Of a DNA stretch of 64,000 nt, positions 11,210-24,798 are shown piece by piece (the stretch's first letter is position 1; each line of letters begins with the position of its first letter). The notes beneath the pieces were generated by a model. That model was not told the DNA's origin and ran no database searches. It worked only from the letters and a program-made list of their open reading frames with translations. The translations under genes were made by a program, and so were the position numbers. Location of the stretch: contig NMRA01000628.1 of NCBI GenBank assembly GCA_002633005.1, positions 177,817 to 241,816 on the forward strand. The letters are read 5' to 3'. Origin of the DNA: Phoronis australis. Its lineage: Eukaryota; Animalia; Phoronida.

Positions 11210-13104
11210 AATCTTTGAGAAGATCATTGCTCAAAGTATTCTTACATTTCTCAAACAAAACAACTTGATCTATCATCGTCAATTTGGTTTTATTGCGTGG
11301 GAACAGCACCGTGGCACAACTTGTTGAAATAGTACATGAGATTCATTTACATTTTGAGAAGGGAGAGAGTGTCAGGTCCATTTTTCTAGATATAGCTTCT
11401 GCTTTCGACTGTGTCCCTCACGACCTTCTACTTCACAAACTTCGATTCTATGGCATTACTGGTAATCTTTTAAACATGATCACCTCATATCTCTCCGAAA
11501 GAACATACAGTGTTCGTGTCGATGGCGTACTTTCAACTTTATCCCCTCCTGGATTTGTAAACGCAGGTGTACCGCAGGGTAGCGTATTGGGCCCTCTTCT
11601 CTTCTTGGTTTATATTAATGACCTTCCTGATAACCTGTCATGTAGCACATACCTTTATGCAGATGACACGGCGCTTTTTTACCCCTTCGCAGGGAGCAGC
11701 CCTGAATGTTCTTTGCAGCTTCAACACGACTTAAATAAACTAAGCTATTGGTCACAAGAATGGAGAATGAATTTTAAACCAGAAAAAAGCGTTGACCTTA
11801 CCTTCTCCAAATCTATTAATGCTCTCTTCCTTGTTGACCCGTCTTATGACCTTAAACTTAATGATGAAATCATTCCTAGAAAACAGTCGCACAGACATCT
11901 GGGTATACTGTTAGATGAAAAACTCTCATTCACCCCTCACGTTCGGGAGCTCGTACAAAAAACTCAGGAACTAATTAACCCACTTAAGCTTGTCTCTCGT
12001 CATCTGAATTCTACACATTTAGAAGTTTTGTTCAAGTCCTTTGTACTTCCACACATTGATTATTGTGATATTATATATCAGTCTGCCAATACGGGTGCAC
12101 TCCAACATTTGGAGAAGTTACAATATCAAGCCGCCTTACTCATAACTGGAGCTTACAGGGGATCCAATAGTGTTAAGGTTTTGAATAATCTCAAGTGGCC
12201 CAAACTGTCTACTCGACGCAATCTTCACATGACCACATTTACGTTCAAGGTAATAAACAATGTCAACAACGTGTCTGTCAAAAAAATATTTGATCTATAT
12301 ATTAGACAAGGCCATCGTAGTGATTTGAGATTCTCCACCCCATATGCAATTCCTCCGTCGTTCAGTCAGGCATTCAGAAGGTCTACAGTCATGATGTGCA
12401 TCAACAACTGGAATTCTCTTCCAGTCTCTGTTAAGGAAAGCAACTCTTTTACGAGTATAAAAAATAATTTTAGAACTGTTTTTCATAATTTTGATAACTC
12501 AACACCCTTGACTCAATTCTCCCTTACCCGCGATAACGAAATAGCATTGTACAGATCAAGATGTGGCCTTTTCCTCAACTCTGACAAGTTCAGGCACAAC
12601 TTTAGTAATGTATCTCCAAACTGTAAATGTGGTGACCATCAATCTTATCCTCATATTTTCTTCAAATGTCCCCTCATCGAATCCCTGAGAGACTCACTCT
12701 TTCGTGCACTCAATGATAACCAATCAATTGTTAACGCTCTCAATTCTTGTAATAACATCCCTACTAGAGTTACATTGTTACTGAATGGTAGTCCTAACCT
12801 TGACTTTGTTCTCAACGAATTCCTCCTAAGCAACGTTAGCAAATTTTTATGTACCGTTTATCAATATTGTTGCATCTGATTTCCCTACATGAATCTGTAA
12901 ATATTTTTGTTTTTATATATCTGTAATAGCATGTCTAAGTATTGGAATACTTATTTTAGATACTACTTAATAGTATATACCTCTATGTATATAAGTTTCT
13001 TTTATGAATTGTTTACAACCCAGATATAATGCTTCGCGGTTTCTGGGTTTGTTATTATTTCTTTGTATATTCTGTGTATCCTTCAATAAATATATATCAC
13101 AGTG
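11210..13104 (+). mobile_element. 5'-truncated non-LTR retrotransposon, CR1 group (CR1/L2/Crack-like)
   Basis: 14-bp TSD AATATATATTTTAA at 11196-11209 and 13105-13118. RT ORF, AT-rich 3' UTR, 3' stem-loop (13017-13049) and AATAAA near the end. Confidence 0.92.
11284..12879 (+). CDS. LINE ORF2 reverse transcriptase, C-terminal part (probably non-functional)
   Basis: FLDIASAFD, GVPQGSVLGPLLFLVYINDL, YADD, HLG, and a C-terminal CKCG...HIFFKC. Upstream RT residues KIFEKII...RQFGF lie in another frame (1-nt indel near 11292). No endonuclease domain. Confidence 0.9.
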   Translation: MVLLRGNSTVAQLVEIVHEIHLHFEKGESVRSIFLDIASAFDCVPHDLLLHKLRFYGITGNLLNMITSYLSERTYSVRVDGVLSTLSPPGFVNAGVPQGSVLGPLLFLVYINDLPDNLSCSTYLYADDTALFYPFAGSSPECSLQLQHDLNKLSYWSQEWRMNFKPEKSVDLTFSKSINALFLVDPSYDLKLNDEIIPRKQSHRHLGILLDEKLSFTPHVRELVQKTQELINPLKLVSRHLNSTHLEVLFKSFVLPHIDYCDIIYQSANTGALQHLEKLQYQAALLITGAYRGSNSVKVLNNLKWPKLSTRRNLHMTTFTFKVINNVNNVSVKKIFDLYIRQGHRSDLRFSTPYAIPPSFSQAFRRSTVMMCINNWNSLPVSVKESNSFTSIKNNFRTVFHNFDNSTPLTQFSLTRDNEIALYRSRCGLFLNSDKFRHNFSNVSPNCKCGDHQSYPHIFFKCPLIESLRDSLFRALNDNQSIVNALNSCNNIPTRVTLLLNGSPNLDFVLNEFLLSNVSKFLCTVYQYCCI

Positions 13105-16100
13105 AATATATATTTTAATTTGTATTGGGAATTTCAGGGTCACAGCTCGACAAATGAATATTTCACAGAAAGAACCAGATGGGTTCCTTAACTACATGTA
13201 TAAGAGATAACACACACGTTTACGATACCCAATGTGTAAATGAGTATCGGATATTAAGTGGCACAGGTTAGCATAGTACCAAATGGTTACATAATACCAA
13301 AAGGGTATTGACCGATTGCCCAGCAAGTGGGTCGAGCAAAACGGAAAATTCAATAACAAGTACCAAATGGGTACAAACTGCCATATGGGCAAATATCATA
13401 TAAAGTACCAAACAGCCAACTGGGCTATAACAACATGCAAAGCAGGTTCCGGACAAGCTGATTTAGCAGACCAGCCGGAGTGATAAAAATAGACATTGTA
13501 AGGAACGTGATGTTGCGGCTCAGTATGTTCCACACGGGGTATCAAATTGTCTAATTGGGAAAACGAGTGAATGTTCTGTTGCTTGAGGCTGGGCCAACAG
13601 GAAGCTGGAGAGAAGAAACAAACAGCGCTACCATCGGACTAGGTAGGAACTAACTAGGAGTTGCATATGAAGCATGAAGGGCTGTAGAATGTTATTTGCC
13701 CAAATAATAGGATTTATATCAGAGTGCCACTTATCGTGTTCTAGGCAAGCAGTTAGCTTTGGTAAATCTAGGGCTGTGTTCAAGTCGAATAATGCATGGG
13801 AATTGGCCTTAATTGCTCCAGTAAGACCTATAAGTTAAGCCAGCCTTCTGATGACGAACTTCAATTTTTTGTAGTTTCATTGCGTAAAGGTAGCTTTCAT
13901 CTAATTTTAGACGTAGCATGATCACTAAGCTGTTGTATGGCTGGTGTAGTGGCAACAAAATGGCCATTTCCAAAAATACTTAAAATTGTTCTTTAAAGCT
14001 TCATAAATCCAAGTATCATATTTGAACAACTGCAAAAAGCTGTCCCTAAACCTGCAGGCATAGTGTATACTAGAGATTCTCAACAAAAAGTAATTCAACT
14101 GTTTATTTTTTTCGTGACAACAGCTCGAACGAAGCTTTGAGTTCAGTAATCTAGTGCCCCTCCCTGCATGTGCCAATCTAATATTTCAATTTTGGAGAGA
14201 ATTTCAGTTAAACGCCAGCCTATGGGTATATGAACAACAAAAAATTACCTATGGTACGAAACAAAACGGTATCCATTATAGGTCGAAATGAACGAAAAAT
14301 TATAAAATTGTCCTTAAAAACAATTTTCGGGGACTACCGTTAGTGGTGGGATCCAGCAGATGCCGAGACAAAGGCGCCCTGCCGAGTGAAACTCCGAAGT
14401 CAAAATCAGATAGGCTTACACTATAGCCACCAAAGTGAAAAGTACGTATCTTGCGGGAACAAACATATTTGTGTTTAGTTTTCGAGTTATCCAGCAACAT
14501 TGCCAAGTTTAGCTGCTCGTGTGGCCGTCTACACAGTTTGGACCATCGTTTACACAGTCGACATCACTTTTCTACTTAGGGAATGCCCAAAAACGTGACT
14601 TGATATTCTTCTCGAGCTGCATAACCGGCTTTCAGAATTACACAAGCCGTTTCCCTATTCTTACCACAAATTTCTTGAGCTATAGATTAAAATAAGCTTC
14701 ACTGACAACGTGTTGTTTGTCGGAGAAAATGGCGTCTCATAAACGGTATGTCAAGAATGCTGCGTTGTGATTGGTCAGTTAAGCCGTCAGTCATAATCCT
14801 GGAGATAGGTCGATTATTTCTTGTATCTTAGAACCAACGTGACCGCTGTGAGCACTGTGAAAAAGTACAGGTGTAATTTGCCAACCTTCTGTTTTGGGTC
14901 TAAAATTAGCAAAATCTTCTTTTTGATTGTTAGTACCAGTATGCCCATGCCGAAATACCGCAGCGGTACCCAAATTCTGCGGTATTTGCTAATGCCAGTG
15001 AAATGTACAATACTTTGTCATTAACTAAGTTGCAATGCTCACATAGAAATGAGATTGTCGTGAACATTTGTTTTATACGTTTAAGGTTAACTAAGTTAAG
15101 TATTGGCGGAATAACCATTTGAAAACTAGGTGAGTGCAACGAGTTTTTCTGCATTCACCAAATCGCCGGGAGAGTTGAATTCGACAAGTTGACAAATAAT
15201 GTTTGTTGCTTCTAACCTGTAAAGGTAATGTAATACTCTGAGAGACCCCATCACTGCATCATGGTCATTAATTTCGAAGTGGATCGATAAACGGATTCAG
15301 TTCGGTTTGCATTTGTCGAAAAATTGACGTGGCCGATTATGGGTTAAAATATTGACTTTTGCTTGTTAATTTGTCGCTGAATTTCATCCAATAGGAAACA
15401 TTCTAAATACAGCACTTTAGCTTACATGGATGAAGCGCAATTTGTTTCATGAACATTTTGAAACATTGGATGTCTCTGTGTGAATCATATGAATAACCCA
15501 CCGCACAGCAGTGATAATCTGATGATATCGTGCACTGGTCGTAAAGAATTTTTAATAATTGCATTGAATCCGTTCAAGAATGCAGAACGGTGTCCGCCAA
15601 CTAACTTATAGCCACCTAGCAACAAGGCACATTTCCTCATGGCGCTGGTATAACTCAGAGAAAAATAATTGCACATTTCCGTCACCGTGACTCACATCAA
15701 AATCTAGACATATGATAATTACTTGGAGTTCCCTTATTCATTCCAAGTACAACGATAAATGGAGAAAAGAGTTGGATGCCCAGCAAAGCTCACCTGCACT
15801 TCATGGAATGACTGATACTCATTTTACAAAGACCTCAGGTGAAGAAAGCAAAAATTGTCTAATAAGTGTTTTTTTTTAATTTTTACTGAGATTGTTCAAA
15901 TAGAAAATTTTGAAGTGTAGCTGTTCTATCTTCCGAAGTCTGAAGGCTGCTGTAACATGTTTAAACCTATGATAAAGACTTATTTCAATTTAAAAAATCA
16001 TAATTTTACTTTATAAAATGAGCATTTCCAGATACAAGAAGTAACATTTTTTAAGTTTAGAGGTAAAGTTTTACCACTGCTAGTGGAAATTGGCCGTTTG

Positions 16101-19100
16101 TGTATTTCCACACCTGTTGAAGTGAGTTTGTGTGATTTTTTCTCTAGGTTCAAATATTTTCCTTTGCTCTTGTTTTGTTAACACTGATCTCAGAACAGCA
16201 TTATCGATTCGTAATGGTTTGTCTTTCCCGGGTGACTTAAGACTCAGTCAGTTGGTTTTCTTAATAACAAACACCAATATGAATAAACTTGTTAAAAATG
16301 TTCTTTAGAACGTATTTCTTAGGCGAAAAGCGTTGATCTTTAATGGCGTCCATGAGTGAAAATGTTGCCCAGATTTTGTTGTATGTTTGTCGGTTATTTT
16401 GTTTTTAATGAAATTGTGATTTAAAACCTGAACATACAAGTAATTGCGTGGTAATTGCTACTCAACATCTTCATCAATCATAGTTGAGTAAAATCATGCC
16501 AGCTCGTTATACATGTACCTTTTATTGACGGCGCAGGTTTTTGATACGTGGACAGTGCTCTGTATAAAACATGCCGCGTGGCTGGACCGGCATGGCTGAA
16601 ACTGGCGAAATTCTCCAATGTTGCATCGCCAGAAATGGGTTAGGTAAAATTGTGAAGATAAAGAGGTATTGTAGGCGACTGTGAGGGTGACTTTGAGGGG
16701 TGATTCTGAGAATTGACGGTGACGGAAGATTGTGAGGTGTTGCCGCGAGGGGTGATTGTGCCGTGTGGATGCATCAGGTGATTCTGAGGGGTAATTTGGC
16801 TAACTTCGGAAACACTCCGAAATGGTGAATCGGATTCTTTAAAATATTTAGATAATATGCTTTGTGCACTGGTCTCAAAAACTATGCTTGAAATTGTTTT
16901 TAAAATGTTCCATTTTTGCATAAGAAGCTACAGTGTATCGAAAGACTTTCACGAAAAAACGTTTAGGAGAGAATATTTGAGAAAATTGTAGCACGGCTTT
17001 TTAGATCTCATTTTGAATATTTACATCAAATAAGAGTTGACCATGTTAATGGTGGATTTGTTTTGCTGTCAATGTTCTTTTCGTTTTTGCTAAATTTTAC
17101 AAAAATATCACGTCCACGTGTCCCGATTATTGGTAGATTGGTAAAAGTGCATCCTGATTTTAGAGCTTTATCCGGTTTAAAATCTATATTTTCTTGATAA
17201 TTAGCTAAAATACAGACTTGCCAATAAGACCCTACATAAGCCTAAGAAATTCGACACAGTTTTCACAATGCAGCAAAGAAGCTGTTATATCTCGAAATAT
17301 GAAAATATTATTTGTGATTTATAATAATGGAATGTTTAATTTGAAAAAAAATGTTGACTTTGCGACACGCTTTTGCTGCTTAAGTGCTCAATAATAGCGC
17401 AGACAGATAAATTTTAGACGTACTTTACATCAAACAAAATGACATAAACACATTAACTTAGACATAACTGCCTAGATTGACCAGACACTCCAAAACATAC
17501 AGTCAATTAAGTTTCCACTGCTTCCTGAATTTTGTGTAGTTAATTTTTGTGTTTACTCGTCAATATTATGAGCTATCAATGGTTTTCCTAATATTGATTA
17601 ATTCTAACAATTTATCCGAAAATGTAGTCTGATCCAGCGGAGCAGTCGTGACCTTGATATTTTTTGTAGGGACTGTACTTGCTGGATCAGCCTCAGTGCG
17701 GAAACAATCCTCGAATTCCAGGGGTCACGGTCAAACGATATACTGGTTGAGCCACATTGGATCCCACTCGATAGATGGCAATATACAAAATCTGACAAAA
17801 ACAGTGAGAATTTTGATACAAATCAAAAAACGAAATGAATTTTTTCATAGCTTTGGTCAAAGTTGATAACTTCCCCAAAGGTTATTTTATCCTAAATACA
17901 ATTTTATTTGCCATAAAACCGGCAATGGACTGTAAAACATAAAATGACATCGTGTCATGAAAATATTCCGTTTTCAAATGGGCATTTCAATCATCTGGGT
18001 GCTTTTCCTTAATCCATTTAAATTCCACAATTTTTGGTGCCAGAAGTTTTTCTGTTTCAGCGATGCCTCCATATTTTTACAGACATCTTGTAAGAAAAGT
18101 ATGTGAAAATAGAAAAATCAGCTGCAAATTAAAACTGTGTCACACTTTGTTAAAGCTTTATGTTTGACTGCACGTTACCTATACAAGTAAAAGCCAACGT
18201 TAGAGCCCGCAGATGTAACCCACTGCTCGTCGTTACTGAACGGCAACTCGTGAAATGCGACTTGTCGAAAATCTCAGTTCGCCAAAGGAAAACTGAGGTC
18301 GAGACAAAACTGACCGAAAGAAAAGAAAAAAACAACCTAGTATCGTTGTCGGCACTTTAAAATATTAGGCATACCTTTTCCATTTCTCTTGAAAATATGT
18401 ACAATTCGGCCTCTAATTCATATAATTAATCCCTCTTGCCAACAGTGAACGCCAGCGGTGGAAAACAGTAGAGGTGCGCATTCCCTTGTCCGACGTTGCC
18501 CATTTTTGCAGAACAATTCCGACTTCCGTCTTTTTACTTCCTGTCATCATTTGAGCCCGTGTTTGATGTGTGCTGACTAGTGAGGATGGCAAATGAACTA
18601 ATTTTACTAACAATTGTGAACCAAAGGTATTTAACCCAGGAAAAACATCATGAATTTTAGGTTTGGAAGTCACCACAAACTTTGAAAGGAATTTCGTGTG
18701 AATTAAATGCCTGGCTTTGCTACTCACTGTGCTGACTTTAGATTTTCCCAGGTTTCCAAGCATCATCTGAAGTCGCATTGAACTGACTAGGAGCAACTGA
18801 AATAATCAACGCTCTTCCCAAGCATATAAATTGCTCTTCCAGAGCGTTAAGTCACCACTCTCTTACCTTTTTTGAACTAAAACAGTTGCAATATAACTCC
18901 TGGAGTTGCTTCGAGTGACATAATCTCATAAGAACAGAAACTAACCATCCGTGACTCACAGTTTAACTTGGCCTGCGTTAAAACAATAACGTTATGACGG
19001 CTCTTCACAGGAATAGAAAATGGATCCGTTATGTAATTAAGGAAATGATTTAATAAGGTTATAACAACACGTTGGGCATCTAGTCACAACTTGATTTTTT

Positions 19101-19296
19101 AAAGAAGACGCCGGTTTATCGTCCCTTTAGTAGGGCCCGACTGTAGAAGCGTGCAGAAAAAAAAATCATTTTGTGTAGCGTGCATTTTATCTACATGTAC
19201 GCGTGATGCTCCTGATTTGAAGCAAACGTATACAACGTAGTTCAGACAAGTGTCAGCGAACACTGACAGATAAAAACCCGATTCTTTGCATTTGTC

Positions 19297-19302
19297 TTTA
19301 TT
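19297..19302 (-). terminator. Candidate polyadenylation signal (AATAAA) for the synaptotagmin-like gene
   Basis: AATAAA on the minus strand ~2.5 kb past the stop, at the end of a T/G-rich UTR-like stretch. Other sites are possible. Confidence 0.3.
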
Positions 19303-20755
19303 TCTCCAAAGCTTGTATTTGTAACAATTAACAAAATCATGTTTAGATATTTAAACAACTGATCATTACACCATATTACAAGTTAACAGAACATGACCTC
19401 TATTACACAGCCATTCCACGTATAACAACACATCGTACTTTAACAACAGAAAGTATCAAAAATAGACTACACTTATATGTACATGTACTCTTGTCCAATT
19501 CACTTACATCTACGTGAATAGTTTTTTTATTTTCGGTTAATGCACGCAATAGACCTGGCTGCTTCTCAAAAAGTCGTTTGTGTTTTGGCTAAAAACCAGT
19601 CAATAGATGACTTGCCGAGTTTCATGAAGCCAGGCGAAAGATATAAGTGTCATAAAATATCTACAAGTTCAAGACAAAAGACAGAATTGCGTAGCCAGCC
19701 AAAGAGCATATTAAGAGCCTAAGTCAAATAACGAAAACTCAGCTGTTGTACTTTTATGGTCACACACCTGACTTTTGGGTCACGTGACGGCAATTTCTAG
19801 TTACAGATAAAGTCTGATTGTGACGTCACCACACCCGGTACATCGTGTGTTAACAAGCAATTTACGACTTATCAATGGGTAATTGAGGTTTTGTTCAGGC
19901 GCTCCATGCTTTTTCATCTTAAACAAGATATCGTTTTGGTTCGTGTCGCGGGTGAAACTATTTCTGCATTTTTAAACAAGGCGAATTAGCGTTCCTAATT
20001 ACAAAATCAAAAGAATGAGTCGGCAAGACTTCATCGATTACACAGACGGGAGATTCGCTTCCGCTGATTCGAGTTCTTCTAGTTTAAATTTAGCGATTTT
20101 ATCTTAATCTAGTCGGGTCTTTAAACAGAAAGATGTCAACGGGTATTTAAAATGACTATGACTAGTTTCAGGCATGTTTTCCTGTTTTCCAATGTTTGTT
20201 CCCACAGTACAATTACTACATGTAAATTCCTTCACTGTATTACTATTACCGTTTTCTTAATTCCTAGTATAATCAAGGGCGCGTTTGCGTAAAAGCAAGA
20301 TTCTCAGTGTGGTCACGTGGTCACTTGTACGTGTACTGTCATGGCAATATCTCGCGAAGACTTGCTCATTCCTCGTACCAAAACGTGCTGTAACGTACGT
20401 AGCGCAGAATGGAATGAATCTTACCGTAAATTGTACATCAAGTCCTGTTTAAACACATTCATCTTGGAAATTTCATTAATAAGCTTGTCTCGTTCTCGGA
20501 CCCCGCGTTTAACTTTTGATATACTCCACTTACATTTGCAAATCTCCTTTCCAGTTAAAAGTGGTTTCAGAGGTTAGAAAGAATGGCAGATAGTTGAGAC
20601 GACCAGAGCATCAGATGACCATCCGTGACATGACAACACGCTTAGCTTGCACTCAAGCAATAACGCCTTGTGAATTCTTCCCAAGCCTAGAAATCACCTC
20701 CAATTAGTTAAGGAGTAATCTGAGGCCAATTTCTTGACGGTAAGTGGTCCAAAGT

Positions 20756-20961
20756 CATGCGCGCACCAAGAGGGACTCCGGGGGGGGGCTCTATTTCGCG
20801 AAGTGGGCAAAAAGCTCCGCCACATAGAAAAGAGAACTCCGAAAAAAGTAGAAAACGATACACAGACCATTAAAAACGCAAGAAGTACCCAAATTTGGCG
20901 TTTTTTTAGTAAAAAGTGTACATTCATTTGAACCCCCATTTTTAGGCTAGGTACGCGCATG
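20756..20961 (-). mobile_element. MITE family A, copy 2
   Basis: CATGCGCGCACC...GGTACGCGCATG; flanks AAAGT/AAATT. Confidence 0.7.
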
Positions 20962-21788
20962 AAATTAACACTTAGTTTATTTGACAGAACTGTGTTTGCC
21001 GCCGTTTTAAAGAAGGAATCGCTTCGAAATATCGTCTCAAATGCCATGTTGTCAATCAAATGTGTTGCGCGATTTGGTGTTTTTGATAAATTCCTTGCGC
21101 CTCAGCCCACTATCCTAGTCCATGCGTCTATGAATTTTAGTAAGATTACGAGCAATGGCGTCATGTGGCATATATCAGCAGTAACCACAAAACTCTGAAA
21201 ATAACAGCCCTCATCAACAGTGACAACCAATTGCCAATGTTCGCCAACTACAATTTTTTTCAGAACATGTCTATGAAACTCAGATTCTTTAAATTCAGCC
21301 TTCTGGTATCCATTTAGCAAAAGCACGTTAGTAAGTTTTCGAGCGTTCTCGCGAGATGCCTTTCTCTCGGCGTGTGGTTTTGCGTGGTCTTGCGCTTTCC
21401 AGCCACGAACATTGCTCTAGAGAACGTAACACAGGTAGTCTTATAAAAATAAAGGTAAGGCAAATAAGCCGTTAATCACGTACTTAAGCATCTAAATTCA
21501 GTTCTGGTGGTGTCATGCAGTAGACAGATGGTGCTTTAAAGACATACACTGTAGGACATGTGTCCGATTGCAAATTTGTAACGGGAAACGAAAGCACAGG
21601 TAATGTTGACGGTATGTTGTAATAATTGTGACCATTACGGTCCCTGTTTTCGTATTGTATGCTGAAGCCTGACATCGTTCCAACTCACACTTTGTTCGCT
21701 TCTCGTTGTGACAGTAAAGTCTAACATTAATGAGGAGTTCCAACAGATCGTCACAACCCGCCACAGCAAATGGAACGTCCTCTTTTGT

Positions 21789-22105
21789 TCAGTACACGAT
21801 AACAGGAGTAATATCATGCCACCTAGCGGTCTCGAGCGCTCGTGGCATCAAAGCTTCGTCCCAGTGGGCGATGCCAGCCTTGCTTGTGTTAGGACCTATA
21901 GCCACGTGGCCGATGATATCGTCCTTCTTGTAGATTTTCCCCCTCATCAAAACCAGATCAAATGAATAGCAGCTCATCTCTTTGTCAGATGGTAAGTCGA
22001 AGAGGAATGCTTCGTTCCAGACTGGTGAAAAGCCATTTTGGAAGCGCGTGCTCCTCGAGCGGACAAGTTGTCCCTTCTTTAGAAAATTGATTATGACGTA
22101 ATGAT
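21789..22105 (-). CDS. Synaptotagmin-family gene, last coding exon (rest of C2B)
   Basis: Acceptor ctttttttcag-type pyrimidine tract, phase 1. Encodes (D)HYVIINFL...SPVWNEAFLFDLP...IIGHVAIGP...AHWDEAL...ARWHDI, with the synaptotagmin C-terminal HW...WHxL-type motifs. Spliced CDS 954+151+317=1422 nt, 473 aa. Confidence 0.92.
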
Positions 22106-22671
22106 CTGAAAAAAGAAATCGGTATATAGATTTAAAATTAATCGGGTACGAAAAACAAAGGTCTTGTTCGCAAGAATGCAGGTGACTCGTGTTTGTACAA
22201 AATGTTTTTAAAGCTTCTGTAAATTCCTTTAAAAACAAATTCGAAAATGTCGAAAATCGTCGAAACTTTGGAAAAAATAAATACTTGAAGTGTAAGTTTC
22301 ACACAAATTGTTTCACGTTTTTGTCTTTACCTCGATAATCCTCTGAGGATTTTCGACGAATTTCTTCAACTTCGTTGAAAACTAATCTACCTCAATTTGC
22401 GGGACGACTTTCACTATCAAGTCGAAGTAAAGTCTCATCACGGGGCGTCAAATAGTTTCTAATGGCATTTTAGAATTGTAAATTCTTCAGCATCTTCACC
22501 ACTGACGTTTGAGTTGACATCATAGGTGATTCATCAATAGGCAAGAATCTTTGTACATCTGACTGTGCATGTACTGCATCTGATGTCATCAGTTTAAAGG
22601 CAATAGTTTAGCCAAGCAGTTGAATTTTTAAAGGATGACAATTGGCTGTACTCCCAGTACGTTTTGCTAAC

Positions 22672-22822
22672 CTGGTATGACTACGGAAAACTTTTGGCCT
22701 CGTTTTGGGAGGTTATCTCCCCTGCGCACCACGACTTTCATTCGTTGCGCTAAAGGTTGATACTGAAGATGAATGAATAGCTGTCCCAATTCTTGTAACA
22801 GGAACTTGTCGGATGTTGACTT
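22672..22822 (-). CDS. Synaptotagmin-family gene, coding exon 2 (start of C2B)
   Basis: Not in the ORF track; translated by hand. Acceptor tctgtttcag, then KSTSDKFLLQELGQLFIHLQYQPLAQRMKVVVRRGDNLPKRGQKFSVVIP+G, then gttagc donor. 151 nt, phase 0 in and phase 1 out, matching both neighbours. Resembles the C2B start motif GELxxSLxYxPxxxRLxVxVxxAxNLP. Confidence 0.9.
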
Positions 22823-24029
22823 CTGAAACAGATTTAAAACTCCTTGAAGTTTGTTTCTTTATATCTCTGGCTATCTGCATAATTATACAACCAGTGCAAG
22901 AGAAATTCACATGGCATGAGTTTTAGCCAATCAGATACATGCATCAGTTATACAGTGTAGCTGTTCTTGACGTAGCCTCGATCCGACCGCCGGTACACAG
23001 TCGGCGTCTAAAATACAGCCGCAACAGCCCGTTTCTTATTGCATTGACTTCGTTACTTGGGAATTTGCTGCGTTAGATTTAGTCTAAAAACTTGACTTCT
23101 TCGCTATGAGTTGAATACTGTAGGTGGTGAAAATATATGCAATCTACAGCACAATATTTATGTCAGAGCTGCGCGTTTGCTGCGAACTATCACTAGCGCA
23201 GTATACGCGAAAACTAAGGAGCGGCGATTAACGAGCGCTATCAACTTGGTACATGCAACTTAGTGGCAGATTTGATATCGTCGAGGTGATCATTCCCGTT
23301 TTCTTGCTGACTGAGGGAATTAGACTTTGTTGTAAAGTTACTCAACGTTATTTTTGCATAGGAACCCTTAAGACGACTTGGGAATCGGCTTGTCCTTACC
23401 GAGTCTATTCCTGCCCCCTTGACTGAGGCGCATACAAATAGCGCGGGACTTGGCTTCGGAGATCCATCATTTGGTCACATAAAGTGCGACCACAAGTTTT
23501 TTACTCCACTCATTGAGTGGGACGTTCGACCAAAGGAGTTAACATTTTCAGCGGGTGTATTTCGGGTTATTGTCTCGTACACCTCATTTCAGGATCATGG
23601 ACCAATACGTTAGCGAGTTTGAGACCAGTTTTACTTATTGAAAGCTTACCCAGCGCTGGCGTGAACTTGAGGTCGGAAATCGACACACAGAAGCCGTTTT
23701 AAAAGCTATTTTACGAAATGGGTACGTGGAACACGGCAGGTGACATAATTGTATGGAAGACGTTACGAAGAAGTCTTGGAATTAGAGATGCATAAGGACA
23801 GTGAATTCTGGCAAACTTAAAAGAGAGGGAGCAACAGTTCTCATGTTTAGGGCCCTCTCATCTGCAATGTTGCCTAAAGTAGAGGGTGAAAACGAGCCCA
23901 AAGCTGCGTCTCGAAATTCTAGCGTTCGATCCACCAAAACTACGGGTGGTTTTGCAGTGGTGAACCCAGTCATTAAGGTAAAAATGAACTATATTCATGA
24001 CGCTATCGTGCGCAATTAAGAAATCTAAC

Positions 24030-24232
24030 CATGCGCGCACCCACTTTAAAAATGAGGGACTCGAATTTATGAGAATGTGGACCTTTTACTAAGATTCCTG
24101 GTGTACGTTCAGAGCCATGAATTGCGCATGCGCCGAATTTTGTTAGTTCCTACCTTTTTAGTGGATCTTTGTTTCGTTTTTTACTTTTTTCGGAGTTTTT
24201 GTTTATCTGAGGCGAGACTTTTTGCCCACTTC
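24030..24232 (+). mobile_element. MITE family A, copy 3 (3'-truncated)
   Basis: CATGCGCGCACCC...GAGAATGTGGACCTTTTACTAA...TTTTGCCCACTT. Confidence 0.7.
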
Positions 24233-24659
24233 TCCTACAGTGTACGTCATCGGGATCTTGCCCACAACATGACCTAATCAGCGACGGTGCACGGCATTTA
24301 ATTAATAAATGGATTTTACGGTAGATAACGAACTCGTTACCAGAATCTTTAAGTGTCGGCTACTGCTGTATGGTGACTGTCAAACACACATCTTTCAATT
24401 GTGTATTACTTTAACTGTTTTCAAGCAATGTAGACTATTGTCTGTATGTCTTATTTCACAGGTCATTTCCTCAAAACGGGATCTATAATCAGAGTGGTTG
24501 GAATTTAGGATGCTTTAGAAGGAGAATATGACACCAACATATTCATTATAAATGATGTACGTCCATTAATACATGTATTTATCTAAGCGTCATCATAGAT
24601 ACATGTACATCAGGGTTCAAAGTCAAATAGTTAAAACTGACTTGCGAGATACACCATTG

Positions 24660-24660
24660 C

Positions 24661-24698
<38 letters not shown>

Positions 24699-24709
24699 AA
24701 ACAACAACA
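24660..24709 (+). repeat. (CAA)n microsatellite, intronic
   Basis: About 16 CAA units with one interruption. Confidence 0.95.
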
Positions 24710-24798
24710 GATACATGTACGTGTAGGCCATAACAGGATCGTGTACGCACCCTTCGAACTGCTAATCTGACAAATCCAATTTCAATCAAAATCTTGTC

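Larger units (their letters stand above)
11171..13729 (-). mobile_element. LTR-like repeat, copy 2, interrupted by the LINE
   Basis: Same termini. Homology to copy 1 resumes right after the LINE TSD. Has a ~250-bp internal deletion. Right flank CTTAT (13730-13734). Confidence 0.6.

Noticed and set aside
18413-18796. 127-aa minus-strand ORF
   Set aside because: No recognisable motif or consistent splice model.
22106-22238. N-terminal part of the 149-aa ORF
   Set aside because: Intronic read-through upstream of the acceptor at 22106-22108.
23362-23613. Open frame after a possible acceptor, as a nested gene or missing C2B exon
   Set aside because: No recognisable domain; the C2B exon is fully explained by 22672-22822.
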